The position numbers and the translations under genes are program-made. Shown one piece after another: positions 1 through 13,219 of a stretch of DNA of 64,000 nucleotides. The stretch comes from a virus. The notes beneath the pieces were generated by a model. The model made no database searches. It was not told the origin of the DNA and was given only the letters and a program-made list of their open reading frames with translations. Within the stretch, counting starts at the first letter, position 1, and the number at the start of each line of letters is the position of its first letter. Location of the stretch: positions 129,181 through 193,180 of IMG/VR virus record IMGVR_UViG_3300040786_000030; one strand, given 5' to 3'.

Positions 1-1797
1 CATTTAGTTTAATAAATGAGGGTAGTGGACAAGGTATTGTGATTAGAGCTAGGAACCCACTAAATTATGGTGCAATTGGTGATTTAGCTTTTGATATTAG
101 TAATTCTAGTAATGCTTCGAATACAGTTGGAGCGACAGGTACCGCCTCATTTGCTCAAGGTTCCAATACGATAGCTTCTGGTATTGCTTCAGTAGCTTTT
201 GGTAGTAACACGATAGCTGGTGGTACTGTAAGTTTAGTTTCTGGTGTTGGTGGTGTTGAAACGGGTTACGCTAACTTTCTTACTGGTGCCTATAATGTAG
301 TTACTGGTGGTGCTTACGCTACAGTAGTTGGTCAATTTGCTAATAGTGTGACTAATCTTATAAGTGATGTTAATAATGGTATAAATACTATGTTCGCAGT
401 TGGTAATGGTACAGCTACAGGAGCTGGAACACCTTGTACGTAGTACAGCCTTCAGGTTTATAGAAGTGGTAGTATATTAGCACCTACATTATCAAGGACC
501 TTAATTAATGCGGAAACTACTGGTAAAATTTTAGTAACCAAAGAATACGTAACTGGTCTTACAGGTAATGGTATTGTTACTGGTGGAACTTATACAGCTG
601 GAACTGCTGTATTTAGAAATAATACTGGTGGTACATTTAACGTAAGTGGCTTTAGCACAGTAGCTAACGACACTGTTGTTACTGGTGGAACGTATTCTAA
701 CGGAACCGCTGTATTTAGAAATAATACTGGCGGTACATTTAACGTAACTGGATTTAGTACTGGTGGTGGTGTTGATGTATTTGTTACAGGTGGAACTTAT
801 ACAGCTGGAACAGCAACATTTAGAAATATTACTGGTGGAACATTTAACGTAACTGGATTTAGCACAGCCATATCATATTGGTCAGCTGGTACTGGTACAT
901 ATGGGATATCTACAATTTTGGTGATAACGTAGCTAGTGGTCTTCGTTCAGTAGCTATTGGTTATTTAACAACTGCTAGTGGTGTATCTTCGTTCTCTCAG
1001 GGTCAAAACACTAAAGCTAATGGTGATGGGTCACATGCTCAGGGTGGCACTACAATTGCTAGTGGAATATATTCACATGCTCAGGGTAATGCTACGACTG
1101 CTAGTGGGATGTTTTCACACCTCAAGGCCAATATAGTTTAGCTAGTGGTGGTGCTTCACATGCTGAGGGTGATTCAACAATTGCTAGTGGTAATTTTTCA
1201 CATGCTGAAGGTACTCAAACTAAAGCCACTAATACTGGTAGTCATGCTGAAGGTGATACAACTGAAGCTAATGGTTCTGCTAGTCACGCTGGTGGTCTTA
1301 ATAGTAAAGCTAATGGTCAAACATCGTTTGTTCATGGTGTTAATTCACAAGCAACTGGTACTAACACAATAGTCTTTGGTTCTGGTATATCAGGTACATC
1401 ATCTGACACTATGTACGTTGATAATCTTAATATAAAACATTTACTGGTAGTTCTAGTGTTAGTACTTTAGGTGTTACTTCTACTGGTAAAGTAGTTATTG
1501 CTGAAATTATGCAAAAACAATTACTGGTAGTTACACTTTATTAAGTGCTGATAATGATTATACTATTATCGTTAATAATGGGGCTACGAATATAACAATA
1601 ACAGTACCAACCTTATTAGTAAGTAAATTTAATGCTGGTTTCATACAACAAGGTAGTGGTACAGTTAGTTTTGTTGCATCTGGTACTACGATTAGAACAC
1701 CAGTTGGTTTAAAAATTAAAGGGTTAATTATAATGCGTATATTGAAAAAGTGGGTACAACTGAAGTATTTCATTTATTAGGTAATTTAATAGTATAA
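1..1797 (+). CDS. Tail fibre/adhesin-like structural protein (5' truncated, frameshifted)
   Basis: YadA/Hep_Hag-like repeats (ASGxxSHAQG, SHAEG) and three GGTYxxGTAxFRNNTGGTFNVxGF modules at about 574-868; Gly/Thr/Ser rich; stitched from ORFs 39-443 and 878-1141 and adjacent frames. Confidence 0.7.
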
Positions 1798-2311
1798 TAT
1801 GAGAAATTTTAGAAGAAATATTTTTAGTAGTGAAATTGAAAGTGGTGGTGTATCAGGTACGTCTTATCAGCTTCAAAACGGAGGACAATCTGACGCAACT
1901 TATAGCTACAGAGAACCAGGAACTAATACGCTAATTAGTACATTTTAGGTGGATTTGAAACTACTACAATTTGTGCTGTAAATGGTTCAGTATCAGCAGA
2001 AAGCGCAATCAACGTATCAGAACTTGGGTCTTGTTAATAATTAAATAAATAATGATTAAATAAAGAGATAAATGGCACAATTATTAAAAAAAATAGAAGG
2101 AGAATTTCTAACCAATGTTGAAACAAAAAATTGGCTTAAAAGCTGTATTGGGCGAAATACAAGACCGAGATTTTATTAAACTAAATGGTTTAATTGCTTT
2201 ATTACAAAATTTTAGTAATATTGAGGAAACAATAGAATTATCTAAACCAATTAATTTTGGGTTAGTGAATAGTATTAACATGGCTAGAATAGAATTACAA
2301 ATTAATTACTA

Positions 2312-3734
2312 ATGAGATATCAAGAAAGGATATATATACAAAACAATAACGATGCAGTTAGAAATAAGGACATATTAAGCTTTAATATGAGTTCTGATAT
2401 GTCAATATTTGAAGGTCCATTATTTAACGTTTCTGGTGCCTCTAAAATCGATTGTACTGGTATTACAAGTTCATATGTTATATCAACAGGTACTACAATA
2501 CCATTAACATTCGTATTCACGGCAAATACTAATAGTTTTACTGCTAATACAACATCATTTAAATATGAAGTTTATAAATTCGATAGTAATTTAACTGCAT
2601 TTACAACGATACCAGTTTATAAATCTAACTTATTAGAATATTCTGGTTTTAGCGGTACAAATAGTACTTATCAGACAATACCTGTAAATCAACTTTTATT
2701 AGATGGAGAATATTTAATAAAAGGTTATTATGAATATTCAAATACTACTGAATACCTAAATAAACTAGGTATAAAAACAGATACATTATTATTTAAAAAT
2801 GGTGTTGAGTATGGTATATATGATAAAATGTAGATTATTATTTTAATGCGATAAAGTCAGCGAGTATACCATTATTTTCGAACAATGGTTCAAACGTTCC
2901 ATTAATTAACTCATTATTCCAACAATTAATTTTCCCAGAAACAATTAGTGCAAATACTATAAATGTAACTGTTGGTTATGTTGGTGCTGTTATTTTAACT
3001 TTAAATGGTGCTGTTTTAGCGCCAACATTAGATTATACTATTGATGGTAGTGTAATCGTTTTAGCTGGAGATGTATCACCTGATGATTTATTAACGTTAG
3101 TTTATACTACGAGTAATGTTAATAATTTATCCAGTGATATACTTTACATTACAACACCTATTGCTAGTGGTTCTACAGATAATCAAGGTAGTAACACATC
3201 ATATTATAATACTACTACTGGTAAATATGAAATATATACTGATACAACACCACTAGAGGGTAATTCAATTTTAGTAATGTTAAATGGTGTTACATTGGCG
3301 AATGGTGGTGACTATTACCAATCAATTTCTAACCCTAAAAGGATAATATTAGAGGTGATTTATTAATTGAGGATATAATAACAATTGTTTATTATCCTAC
3401 TACAACGGTCATTAATGGTTTAATAACGTCAAACCCTATTGTAAGTTGGCGAATAGCTAACTCACCAGAATTAGTAAATGGTAATTTTATATTAGAAGTT
3501 AGTGATAACAATATGTTTAGTAGTTTTATATATACTGGTGTAACGGATTATGTTATCGGTCAGCTAGAATATAACGATAATTTTATTGCTAGTGGGTCAA
3601 TTGGTAGTAAATTATATTATAGGGTAAAAAATGTTAAAGATTATATCACATTTTGTGGTAATATAATTAATAGTACTGTTTACAGTGAAGTAATACCATT
3701 AACAATACAAACTAACGCCATAAATTCATACTAA
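2312..3734 (+). CDS. Virion structural protein, probably baseplate/tail (frameshifted)
   Basis: ORFs 2312-2833 and 3513-3734 join across indels; LNG..L..DY repeats; Thr/Ser/Asn rich; structural gene context. Confidence 0.5.
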
Positions 3735-3814
3735 AGGTTTACTATTAGATATTTATGACTAAAATATCTGGTATAAAATAAAGTATCTAATATTTATAAT
3801 AAAAACATAAAAAC

Positions 3815-5936
3815 ATGTCATACATAATTAACGGGACAAACCCATTCGTATCGATAAAATTAACTGAAAAGGGCGTGAGCAACTTAGTATGGGTCAACTT
3901 ACGTTTTCACATTGGATTGGTGATTCTGAAATTAACTATAATAGAGAAATAATTGTAGATGCTAATCCAAATGATGTTACATTATCTGCTAGTAGCAAGG
4001 TACTTAGACCATTAGATAAACAACCTAATTGTAAATATTTTATTACACCAATAGGTGCTTCAAGCCCTATCAAATTTTAGATGGTGGTAGTTTAAACGTT
4101 ATAAAAGCTGTTGTTAATAATGAAGCGACTGAAAGAGGTTTCTTTTCAGGGACGACTTATAAAACTTTAACTGGTAGTACTTATTCACCATATTCAACAA
4201 CCTTCTCAAACAGTTACTTAACTGGTGGTACGGTAATGAATGGTTTTACAGCTACAACTAAATTTAATGTTGGTGATTTATTATTAAATTAAATAATAAT
4301 AGTTTATCAGGTGCGCCAGCTGTAAATACTAATACAGTACCAAGACCTAATATTTGGTATAAAATAATTGGTGTTAATAGTACTTCAATAACTGTTGATA
4401 GAAAATTACCTAATTACTCATCACAAAATAGTTACTTATCAGAATTAATTACATATAAAAGTGGTGAGGTTTATGATACAATTGCTACTGGTAATACAAG
4501 CGCATATTGGGATAGTGGTACTTTGTCTTTTGATTCTGCATCTAATATAACGTGTCATGATGTTCCAGTTTGGAATATGAATACTGTTTGGTGTGAAAAT
4601 CTTGCTGGTATAACTGGTTTAACTACAACAAACTTATATGAAGATTACACTAAATTTGGTTCATATCAATATTTGGGTGATAAATCACCATATTTAGATT
4701 ATCCTTGTGGTTCTGACCTAACAAGTACTGCGTCAACATGTAATACTGTTGGTTTAAGTTATGATGATGAAGTATCAAAATCGATATCTATTTTACATTA
4801 TACAAATAACGCTATTTCAAGTCTATATGGGGAATTCTTATATATTGATGCTACAAATAATAAAATAGTTAAATTAATATTTCCAGATTTAATGTACCAT
4901 AGGTCTAAATTTGCTACAACAAGTGGTGTTACCATGGGTATGTCATTTATAGCTACTGGTTCAACAAAATATGTTACAAACACAAATATAGAGTATGTAG
5001 ACTTAATCGAAGACTCAACATATGTTTCAGGAACACCTTTAGTTATTGGTAGAGTATATACTCAATTAAAAACTATTGTAATTCATAATGATGAAATTAT
5101 AGCTGCTCTATCTTACAAATCAAATAGAAACTGGACATTACCAAAATTAGCAGCAACAGTAGCATCACCAAGTGGTGGTACATCTACTGGTATATTATTA
5201 GTTGATAGTACAATTTACTTAACATATTCACTTGAAAGCACAATAGATGGTTTACAAACTAGTCTACCTTGTCAAGATTATGTTAAATTAACAAATACTA
5301 CAAATGCACCTAAAGATATTGCATTTAGAATTAGTCAAACTGATTTATTACCTTTTATGCGTAAAATAGAAGGTGGTTATGATGGTCTAGGATTTTATGC
5401 TGATAAATTTAAATTATTATATCAAATTGTTAGTGATGAAAATACTCGCCCCGACCCAGGCGCTTGGAAATCTTATGATTATACATCCACAGCCATAACT
5501 GGTAATGTTGGTGAAACAATTGACCCTAAAAAATTAGAAATACAAACACCAACAATAACTGGGTTTATGTTAGATACGATTAAAGATTCTACGGCTACAA
5601 TTTTGATTTAACAAAATCATTAAATATGGCGGCAAATTCTTCACCTACAAGTTTACAATTTGGTGATGAACGTTTTTTCTATGGTAATATAAAACATATA
5701 TTGGTGCGACAATTTTCAAAACGATATTTGATATTAGAGTTAACTCTGGATTATTCAACGCAACAACAAATCCAACAAGAAGTAAAGATTTATCAACAAA
5801 CCCACCTAATATTAAAGTGAGTGAAGTTGGGATATACGATATAAATAAAAATTTAGTTTGTATTGGAAAATTAAGCAAACCAGTAGCTTTAATAACTGGT
5901 GATACGATAATGATAGAATTAGCACTAGACTTTTAA
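3815..5936 (+). CDS. Large structural protein, baseplate/tail-collar-like (frameshifted)
   Basis: Starts MSYIINGTNPFVSIKLTEKG; ends with SEVGIYD..NLVCIGKL..P tail-collar/baseplate-like motif; preceded by ATATTTAT motif. Confidence 0.55.
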
Positions 5937-5939
5937 AAG

Positions 5940-7145
5940 ATGGGATATAACACAACAGCCGCAACACAAACATTAATAGCTAAGCTTACACCGCTTGGAA
6001 GACAATTATTAGTAACTTCAAATAATACTTTGATAACTAGTTTTAGTCTTGGTGATTCAGATGCTAATTATAACGCACTATTACCTTTAACTACTGGGCA
6101 AATACCAGCAGAATCTGGGGAATTATTAATCAATGGTTTACAAAGTAATAGTACTCAAGTAAACACTAGAATTAAGAGTTTATTAAAATTTGATACAAAT
6201 GGGGCATTACAAAACCAGTTGAATCACAATCAAGTCTTGTGACAAGTGAAACTATCACAAATGGTCAAACATTAATTAGTGGTGCAAATATATCACAAAT
6301 TACTGTAGCTAGGTCAAATTTTTTAACTGATAGTTATGTTAATTTATTTTATTCTTTTGGGCTTCCATTAAATAGTGTCGATGATAATAAATATACTGGT
6401 ACAACATATGTAAATGGTGGTTATTCAGATACTGCTTTAAGCGCTGTAGCTAAAACTAAGATAGTTGTTATCAGTGTTGATACTTCACAATATGGTGAGA
6501 CTATAGATGGTAAATCAATTAAAATATCGTTACCAACATCTGGTGGTACTTATAATATATATAGCACATTCCAAAATAAGGGTATACAAGCAACTGTTGA
6601 GGATGCAAACCTTAGGGAAACATCTACACTTGGTAACCCATTTGGTGATAATGTAGCTTTCTTATTCTCTGACGAGATATTAAAACCAAACGGTGGAAAT
6701 CCATTATTAAGTTGGGGTACTGGCTATGGAACTGTTAAACCTTTTAGTTTAAATAATAAATTGTTATATAATTTACAAACAAATAGTAATATTGGGGTAA
6801 GTGCTGATACAATGGTTGGTGTAGCTTACTTAGATAAGGGTTTAATAGTAATCACTGACCCGACAATAATTGCTAATTATGAATTAGCAACAGGTATGAC
6901 TTCAGGTGTAACAGTAACTCTTAGCAGTGTCTCAACCTCAGTTTTCAAAATATTACATGTATTGCTGGTAGAGGTGAATTTGGAACTTCAACTAATCCAT
7001 CTTTTGGGTTATTAGATAGTCCAAGAATTAGTGAAGTTGGGTTATATGATACTAATGGTAATATAATCGCCATAGCAAAACTGACCGACATATAGTTAAA
7101 AATATCAATGAATTCATAGCTCTTGGTATAAAAATAATGATTTAA
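5940..7145 (+). CDS. Structural protein paralogous to the upstream gene (frameshifted)
   Basis: AKLTPLGRQ..FSLGDSDANY N-terminus and SEVGLYD.NGNIIAIAK C-terminus mirror 3815-5936. Confidence 0.55.
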
Positions 7146-7185
7146 TATTTACATTCTATGTATTAGAATTATTTTAAATGAAAAA

Positions 7186-7812
7186 ATGGAAGATAAAAAA
7201 TATTTGTTAGCTTTAGATGTTAGTACTAGTTGTATTGGAATAGCATTATTTGAAGATTTAGGGACAAAAGGTAAATTAACACTACTTAATCATGTAGCAC
7301 CTAAAGTAAAACCATTACCAACAAGTAAGATGGAAGAATTATTTCGTAAAGTAGAAATATTTGAAAAAGAATTTTTAACAAACTGTGTCGGTTTTAATAT
7401 CACAACAGTGGTAATAGAAGAACCATTATTACAGTCTAATAATGTTAATACAGTCGCTACTTTATTAAGATTTAACGGTATGATTTCTAAATCAGTATTT
7501 GATACGTTAGGTGTTGTCCCAGATTTTATTTCATCATATGATGCTCGTAAATATAGTTTCCCAGAATTAATGAGTGTTAGGAAATTTAAAAAATGGAACT
7601 GCATTAACTGATAAACAAATAAGTAAAAATGTACCAGTATTATTTGGTAATTATCCATTTGATGCTGATAAAAATATATCCTTTGGGAAAAAGTTTCAGA
7701 ATTAGAACCACAAATTATATGGTTTTGATAAAAAAATAAACTAAAAAAGAAACATTTGATATGAGTGATGCATATGTTTGTGGTTTAGCATATTTTAATA
7801 AAAGAAATTTAT
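7186..7812 (+). CDS. RuvC-like Holliday junction resolvase
   Basis: LALDVSTSCIG, VVIEEP and C-terminal DMSDAY acidic motifs of the RNase H fold. Confidence 0.7.
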
Positions 7813-7830
7813 AAATTTAAATTATTTATT

Positions 7831-7840
7831 CGTATCTTTG
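7831..7840 (+). promoter_or_regulatory. Representative Bacteroidota sigma70 -7 element TAnnTTTG (many copies)
   Basis: gtatctttg/gtatatttg recurs ahead of replication, RNA and metabolic genes (about 7832, 8818, 11082, 15582, 16091, 27453, 28588, 35997, 37926, 39416, 40764, 49336, 54016). Confidence 0.7.
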
Positions 7841-7844
7841 CCGA

Positions 7845-8789
7845 ATGAATATACTTTTAGTACACATACTTGAATCTTTTTAGGTGAAACTCGAAAACAT
7901 AATGAAGACACAGGACAAATCGCATTTGATTGTCCTGTATGTTCAGGCGAAAAGGTTTAATAGATGGTGATGGTAAAGGTAATCTAGAGATTAATTACAA
8001 TAGGAATATGTTTAAATGTTGGGCTTGCCCTGACACTAACTACATGCATGGCCCTGTAATTAAATTATTAAAAAACATGGTACACCTAAAAACACTAGAG
8101 ACTACTTGCTAGTAAAACCAGATGCTGATATAATAATTTCTAAAGAAAAGAAGAAATAATCGTTGAACTTCAGAGGGTTATCAAAAACTTTCAGATTGTA
8201 CACCTAAAGACTATGGTTATGCTAACGCTATGTATTATTTAAAATCTAGGGTATAACCAATGATATAATAAAAGAATTTAATATTGGTTATACTACACGT
8301 GGACCTTTATAATAGAATAATAATCCCATCATATGATTTAAATGGTGATTTAAATTATTTTATCGCTAGATGGTACCCAAAAGAATACAATAAACTTAAA
8401 TACATCAACCCAAAAGCTGAAAAGCAAGAGATAATTTTCAATATTGGCAAATTAAATTTAGATGCTACAATATATCTTGTAGAAGGTGTAACTGACCATA
8501 TAGTAACACCTAATTCAATACCATTATTGGGTAAGGTTATATCGTCAGATTTATTAGAATTATTACACGATAAAGCTCAAGGGTTAATTGTGATTCTTTT
8601 GATGGTGATGCGTATATAGATGCAAAAATATTATACAAAAGCTAAATTTTGGTGATTTAACTGATAGAATTAGAATTTGTGTACCATCAGAAGATTATGA
8701 CCCATCAAAAATATTTGAAAAGTTTGGTAATGCTGGTATAGTAAACCTTTACGTAGTAGCCATAAATTAAACTACTTAGAATTATAATA
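7845..8789 (+). CDS. DNA primase (Zn finger + TOPRIM), frameshifted
   Basis: FDCPVC..FKCWAC zinc finger; RIIIPSYD; YLVEGVTD and DGDA TOPRIM motifs. Confidence 0.8.
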
Positions 8790-8838
8790 AAATGTTGTTA
8801 CTTTTATAAAATAATCGTATGTTTGCAATAAAAAACAT

Positions 8839-9617
8839 ATGAGTAAAGCAAAACTATGGGTTGGTCCAGTTTATTTAGAACCAATAGCACATAAATATAT
8901 ACATAGAGAAACGAATAAGAAATATTCATCTGTTACTACAACTCTTTCTTCAATCGAACCACATTTTGACGTGGAAGGTGTATCAGCTGCTATCGTAAAA
9001 CAACAGGATAGTGCAAAACAAGAAAGATATATTGACTAACACAAATGCAGATAATAGATTATTGGCAAATGCTTAACGATGAGGCAAATGTTTATGGTAC
9101 CATGGTACATGATATAGTAGAAAGATATTTATTGGCTGATAAGTGGTATTTCCCACCTGATACTGAAGAAGGAAAATTTGAACAAAAGTAATTGATGGGT
9201 ATAATAGCCTTGAAATTGATGAAGGTATAGCTGTTTGGCCAGAACGTATACCATTTGCTGAGCAATATGAATTAGCTGGTATGTCAGATTTAATTATCGA
9301 TATTGATGATGTATATTTTGATGTTTTGGACCATAAACCAATAGAGTATTTAATTTTATAACCCATTTGGTAATGAAACTTTATATAAACCGTTTGACCA
9401 TTTGCAAGCATGTCAATGGTCTATTTATACATTACAATTAAGTGTTTATGCTTATATGTATGAATTAGAATTCCTAAACGTAAATGTCGTCAAATAGTGG
9501 TATTATATTGGGATAAAACTAAAGATACTTTTGAGAAGATACATATTATGTTCCTCAAGCACGAAGCAAAAAAAATTAATTGAATTACATCATTATAACC
9601 TTATGAAAAATGGTTAA
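8839..9617 (+). CDS. PD-(D/E)xK exonuclease-like protein (frameshifted)
   Basis: HKY..SVTT, GTMVH, AGMSDL, D.K.N and YTLQLSVYAY motifs. Confidence 0.7.
9551..9617 (+). repeat. Direct repeat copy 1: current 3' end of the nuclease gene
   Basis: Encodes FLKHEAKKLIELHHYNLMKNG*; near-identical to 11101-11166. Confidence 0.9.
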
Positions 9618-10265
9618 AAAAATCTTTTGATATCTCGATTAAAATAAGAACATAATGGTTGGAGATTACTGAAGTGATTTAATTTCAGTAACTCTTCTTC
9701 TGTTATTGCTGATGAACTAGGTATTATGTGGTCAATATCCCAACCATATTCTGGTGTACCGTTGTATAAACCATAATTATCCCATATCATCCACGGTTAA
9801 AACCTTGATTCAAGGTATTTTCTAAATTCTTTAATACTGCAACTTAATATTTTATTTGTTGTGTTATTTTTATCAAAACCATTTCGTTTAATAGAGTTTC
9901 TTATTAAACATCTAATATATTTGATAATTTAAAAAGAAAATCGGTTTTACTACGTTCTTTAATATATTCGTTATAGTAATTAGGTCTTTTTTTCTAACTA
10001 TCTTTTTTAGTTTCTTTAACTTTATTTGGATTATTTTTAAACCACTCTTTTAGAATTTTGTTAGTTTCTAAATTATTTTTAACCCACTCTTTTTACGAAT
10101 AATTTCTTTTTCTGATTTAGCTAAATCTTTTAAAATAATTTGGGTTGTTCTTAACCCAATTTGATTGTAATTTTTTATTTTTTCTTTATTTTTTTCTCTG
10201 TATTCCTTATTATATAAACGTTTGGCTTCTTTACGTTCTTCTTCGGTTAAATATTTTTTATTCAT
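9615..10265 (-). CDS. HNH homing endonuclease (frameshifted)
   Basis: Lys/Glu-rich N-terminus, then WDNYG..WDIDHIIP..LNHFSNLQPLC..N HNH motif on the minus strand. Confidence 0.8.
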
Positions 10266-11010
10266 TTGTATCTTTATTTATTAATGTTCTTAAGTATTCA
10301 GATAATGATAAATCTAAAATTAATAATTTTTTCGTTAAATTAATATATAATTCATCATTTACTCTAAAACTTAACAAATGGTCTTTATTTAATTTTATTT
10401 CTGGTGAGTCCTCCAAATCCATCTCAATTTTAAATGTTTCAGAATCCACAATGAGTTTATATTCTTCATATTTTTAATGTTTTCTTCATCTATACTCCAG
10501 TGTAAATTATTTTAATAAAATTATTTTCATTATCGTTAAATAAATTATTAAAAATGAACTCCCTTTTGTTAGAAGATGCTATGATTAATTTAGAGTTAAA
10601 TTGACTACTTAATACTGGTATGGTATATGATATTATATCATCTAAACGATTAATAAACATGCATTATCGATAATGACATGTGTAATTGCAACCTCTTAAA
10701 CCATCTAAAGTTGAAGCTATTTTATTAAATTACCATTTTCTAATTGTAATGTAGAAACAGTATCTTTTATTTTTTTAAATCTGATATTCTACCATCAAGT
10801 CTAATTTTATTTAATAGATGTTTAGCTGAGGCTAATTTTTCTGTGAATAAAATAATTGTGTTATTACTAGTATTATTTTGTTCTAATAAAGTTTCTATGA
10901 TAAATTCTGCTAAAACAGTTGAAACACCCATCTGTCTAGAGTGTTTTATAAGTGAAAATTTATTAGTATGTAAAGATTCTAATAGTGTTGTTTGATAATT
11001 TTAATTTCAT
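10258..11010 (-). CDS. Terminase-like ATPase domain, apparently fused to a C-terminal ribbon-helix-helix domain
   Basis: Minus-strand reading: YQ..LL..KHSRQMGVST (Walker A-like), GLRG..IIDNA (Walker B-like), then SFRVNDELY..LSEYLRTLI (RHH-like, ORF 10258-10449); joined across indels. Confidence 0.55.
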
Positions 11011-11100
11011 TGTAATACATTTTAAAAATTTGTTATACAAATAAATATGTGTAAAATCTTGTAAAGACCAAAATTATTTGGTATATTTGTATTTCGATAG

Positions 11101-11166
11101 TTTTTAAAACATGAAGCAAAAAAATTAATTGAATTACATCATTATAACCTTATGAAAAATAAATAA
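11101..11166 (+). repeat. Direct repeat copy 2: displaced 3' end of the nuclease gene
   Basis: Encodes FLKHEAKKLIELHHYNLMKNK*; its stop abuts the ClpP-like ATG at 11167. Confidence 0.9.
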
Positions 11167-11725
11167 ATGGATATAGATTTTAAATTAGAAGATAGAAATA
11201 TTTTTCTATCGGAACAAATAACTCAAGAGTCGGTTAAGTCTGTAATCGAAAAATAATTTTAATAAATGAATCAGATAAAGAATTAACTAAAAAAAGCTAA
11301 AAGATTTGGGTTTAAATATAAAAGTAGTCCAATTGTAATCTACATTGACTCATATGGTGGAAGTGTTTACCAATGTCTTGGGTTAATATCGGTAATGATG
11401 AATTCTAAAACTAAAATACATACAATTTGTTGGTGTAGCTATGAGTGCTGGGTTTATGATATTAATTTCTGGACATAAAAGATTTTCATATAAACATTCA
11501 ACACTATTGTATCATCAAGCTAGTAGTTTTAGTAGTGGTGAACTTAAAAAGATAGAGGAAGATGTTGAAGAAATGAAGATTACAAACACTATTAGAAATA
11601 ATAGTGTTAAGTAGAACAAATATAACTAAAGCTAGATTAACTAGAGTCTATGTTGAGAAAATAGATTGGTTTATTAGTGCGGATGAAGGTTAGAGTATAA
11701 AATAATTAATAAAATTTTAGGGTAA
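11167..11725 (+). CDS. clpP: ClpP-like protease (copy 1, frameshifted)
   Basis: YIDSYGGSV, AMSAG (catalytic Ser), LLYHQ (His), DWFISADE. Confidence 0.8.
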
Positions 11726-12530
11726 TGGTAAAAAAATAGTACATCTTGCAGATATTCACATTAGAACAATGAGAATGCATTCTGAATATTTAGATAGTTT
11801 TAAAAGTTTAATGGTAGATTTAAGAGAACTTTAAAAGATTATGAGAGAGAAGAAATTAGATTGTTGTTGCTGGTGATTTGGTTCATCAGAAGATAATTGT
11901 ATCTAATGAACAAATAATGTTGGGTGCTTGGTTCTTAAGGAAATTAGAGGAAATTGCACCAGTTGTTCTTATTGCTGGTAATCATGATTTATTAGAAAAC
12001 AATAAAGACCGTATGGATTCATTGACACCAATGGTCCAATTTTTACCAGATAAAGAGATTAATTATTTTAAAGAGTCTAAGTGTTATTTAGATAATAATA
12101 TAGTATGGTGTGTTTATTCTATTTTTGAGGAAAACGCTAAACCAGATATTGAATCTGCTAGAGTACAATTTGGTGATGATAAAACATATATTGGATTATA
12201 TCATGCAGCACTACTTAACGCTAAAACCGATATTGGTTATGAAATAGACCATGGTGCTGGGTTAGAGATTTTGATGGTTGTGATATTGCTATGTTGGGTG
12301 ATATTCATAAAAGACAATCATTCAACCATAAAGGTATTATAATCGCCTACCCAAGTTCACTAATACAACAAAACTTTGGTGAAAATATCAGTGGGCATGG
12401 TTTTTATTGTGGATGTTGAGCAAAAAATTTTACTGAGCATGATGTTGAAAATAAAACACCATACTACCAATTTAAGATAAAATCAATTGATGATATTGAA
12501 ACTGGTTCTGAAAAATTAACAAATGGGTAG
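11725..12530 (+). CDS. SbcD/Mre11-like metallophosphoesterase (gp47-like)
   Basis: HLADIHI, AGDLVH, AGNHD, GLYH, LGDIH motifs. Confidence 0.85.
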
Positions 12531-12688
12531 ATATATTAAACAACCAAAATATTTTTATTTCATTTATGGTGAATTAGGTTATTTTGGCCCTTACTTAAAA
12601 AACCAGATGGTTATACTAATATTAAAAAATTTAAATTAGTTGAAATAGTTGATGAAAATAAAATAATAGAAAAATAAAATAAAATATA

Positions 12689-12934
12689 ATGACATTAAGC
12701 GAATTAAAAGGGTTTATAAATAACCTACCAGAAGAAATGGGTGAATTTACGGTTGTAAATGGTGAAGTTAGGTACTTAGATGTAGAAGACGAAAATAGTG
12801 CGGTATATCGCTTAGATAAACCAATAATAGCATTATATGTTGACGAGAAGGATGAAGAAATTTGTTTTTTCCACCAAACGCAAGATGACGTAAAAGAAAT
12901 GTTAGTAAAAGACGATAAAAATGGTACTGAATAA
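12689..12934 (+). CDS. Hypothetical protein
   Basis: Intact 81-aa ORF with an A-rich start context. Confidence 0.55.
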   Translation: MTLSELKGFINNLPEEMGEFTVVNGEVRYLDVEDENSAVYRLDKPIIALYVDEKDEEICFFHQTQDDVKEMLVKDDKNGTE

Positions 12935-13219
12935 AAAATTAGAGAAAGAGATATTAGATTATTGTTTAGTTAATAATATTATTAATGTTGATAAATTTTA
13001 AATGATATTATTAGTCGAGGATTTACGATAGCAAATACGGTAATAATCCAAAGTTTACTAATAATGTTTTAGATAAAACCGTGTAATTGAGGAAATAAAT
13101 CCATTACCGTTAGAAGTAACTGACCCGATTAAAAGGTTAAGGAGATAAAAGAAAAGATTAATAAAGTAATTGAAACTGGTGAATTAACAAAAATACCAAA
13201 AGAATATTTTGGTAAAATA

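Noticed and set aside
574-868. Diversity-generating retroelement template/variable repeat pair with 56035-56119
   Set aside because: No reverse transcriptase in the window, the few mismatches are not clearly adenine-specific, and the repeats are internal structural modules rather than C-terminal variable regions.
8839-9617. Cas4 / CRISPR-Cas locus
   Set aside because: A PD-(D/E)xK nuclease in a replication block with no array, no other cas genes and no evident Fe-S cysteine set.
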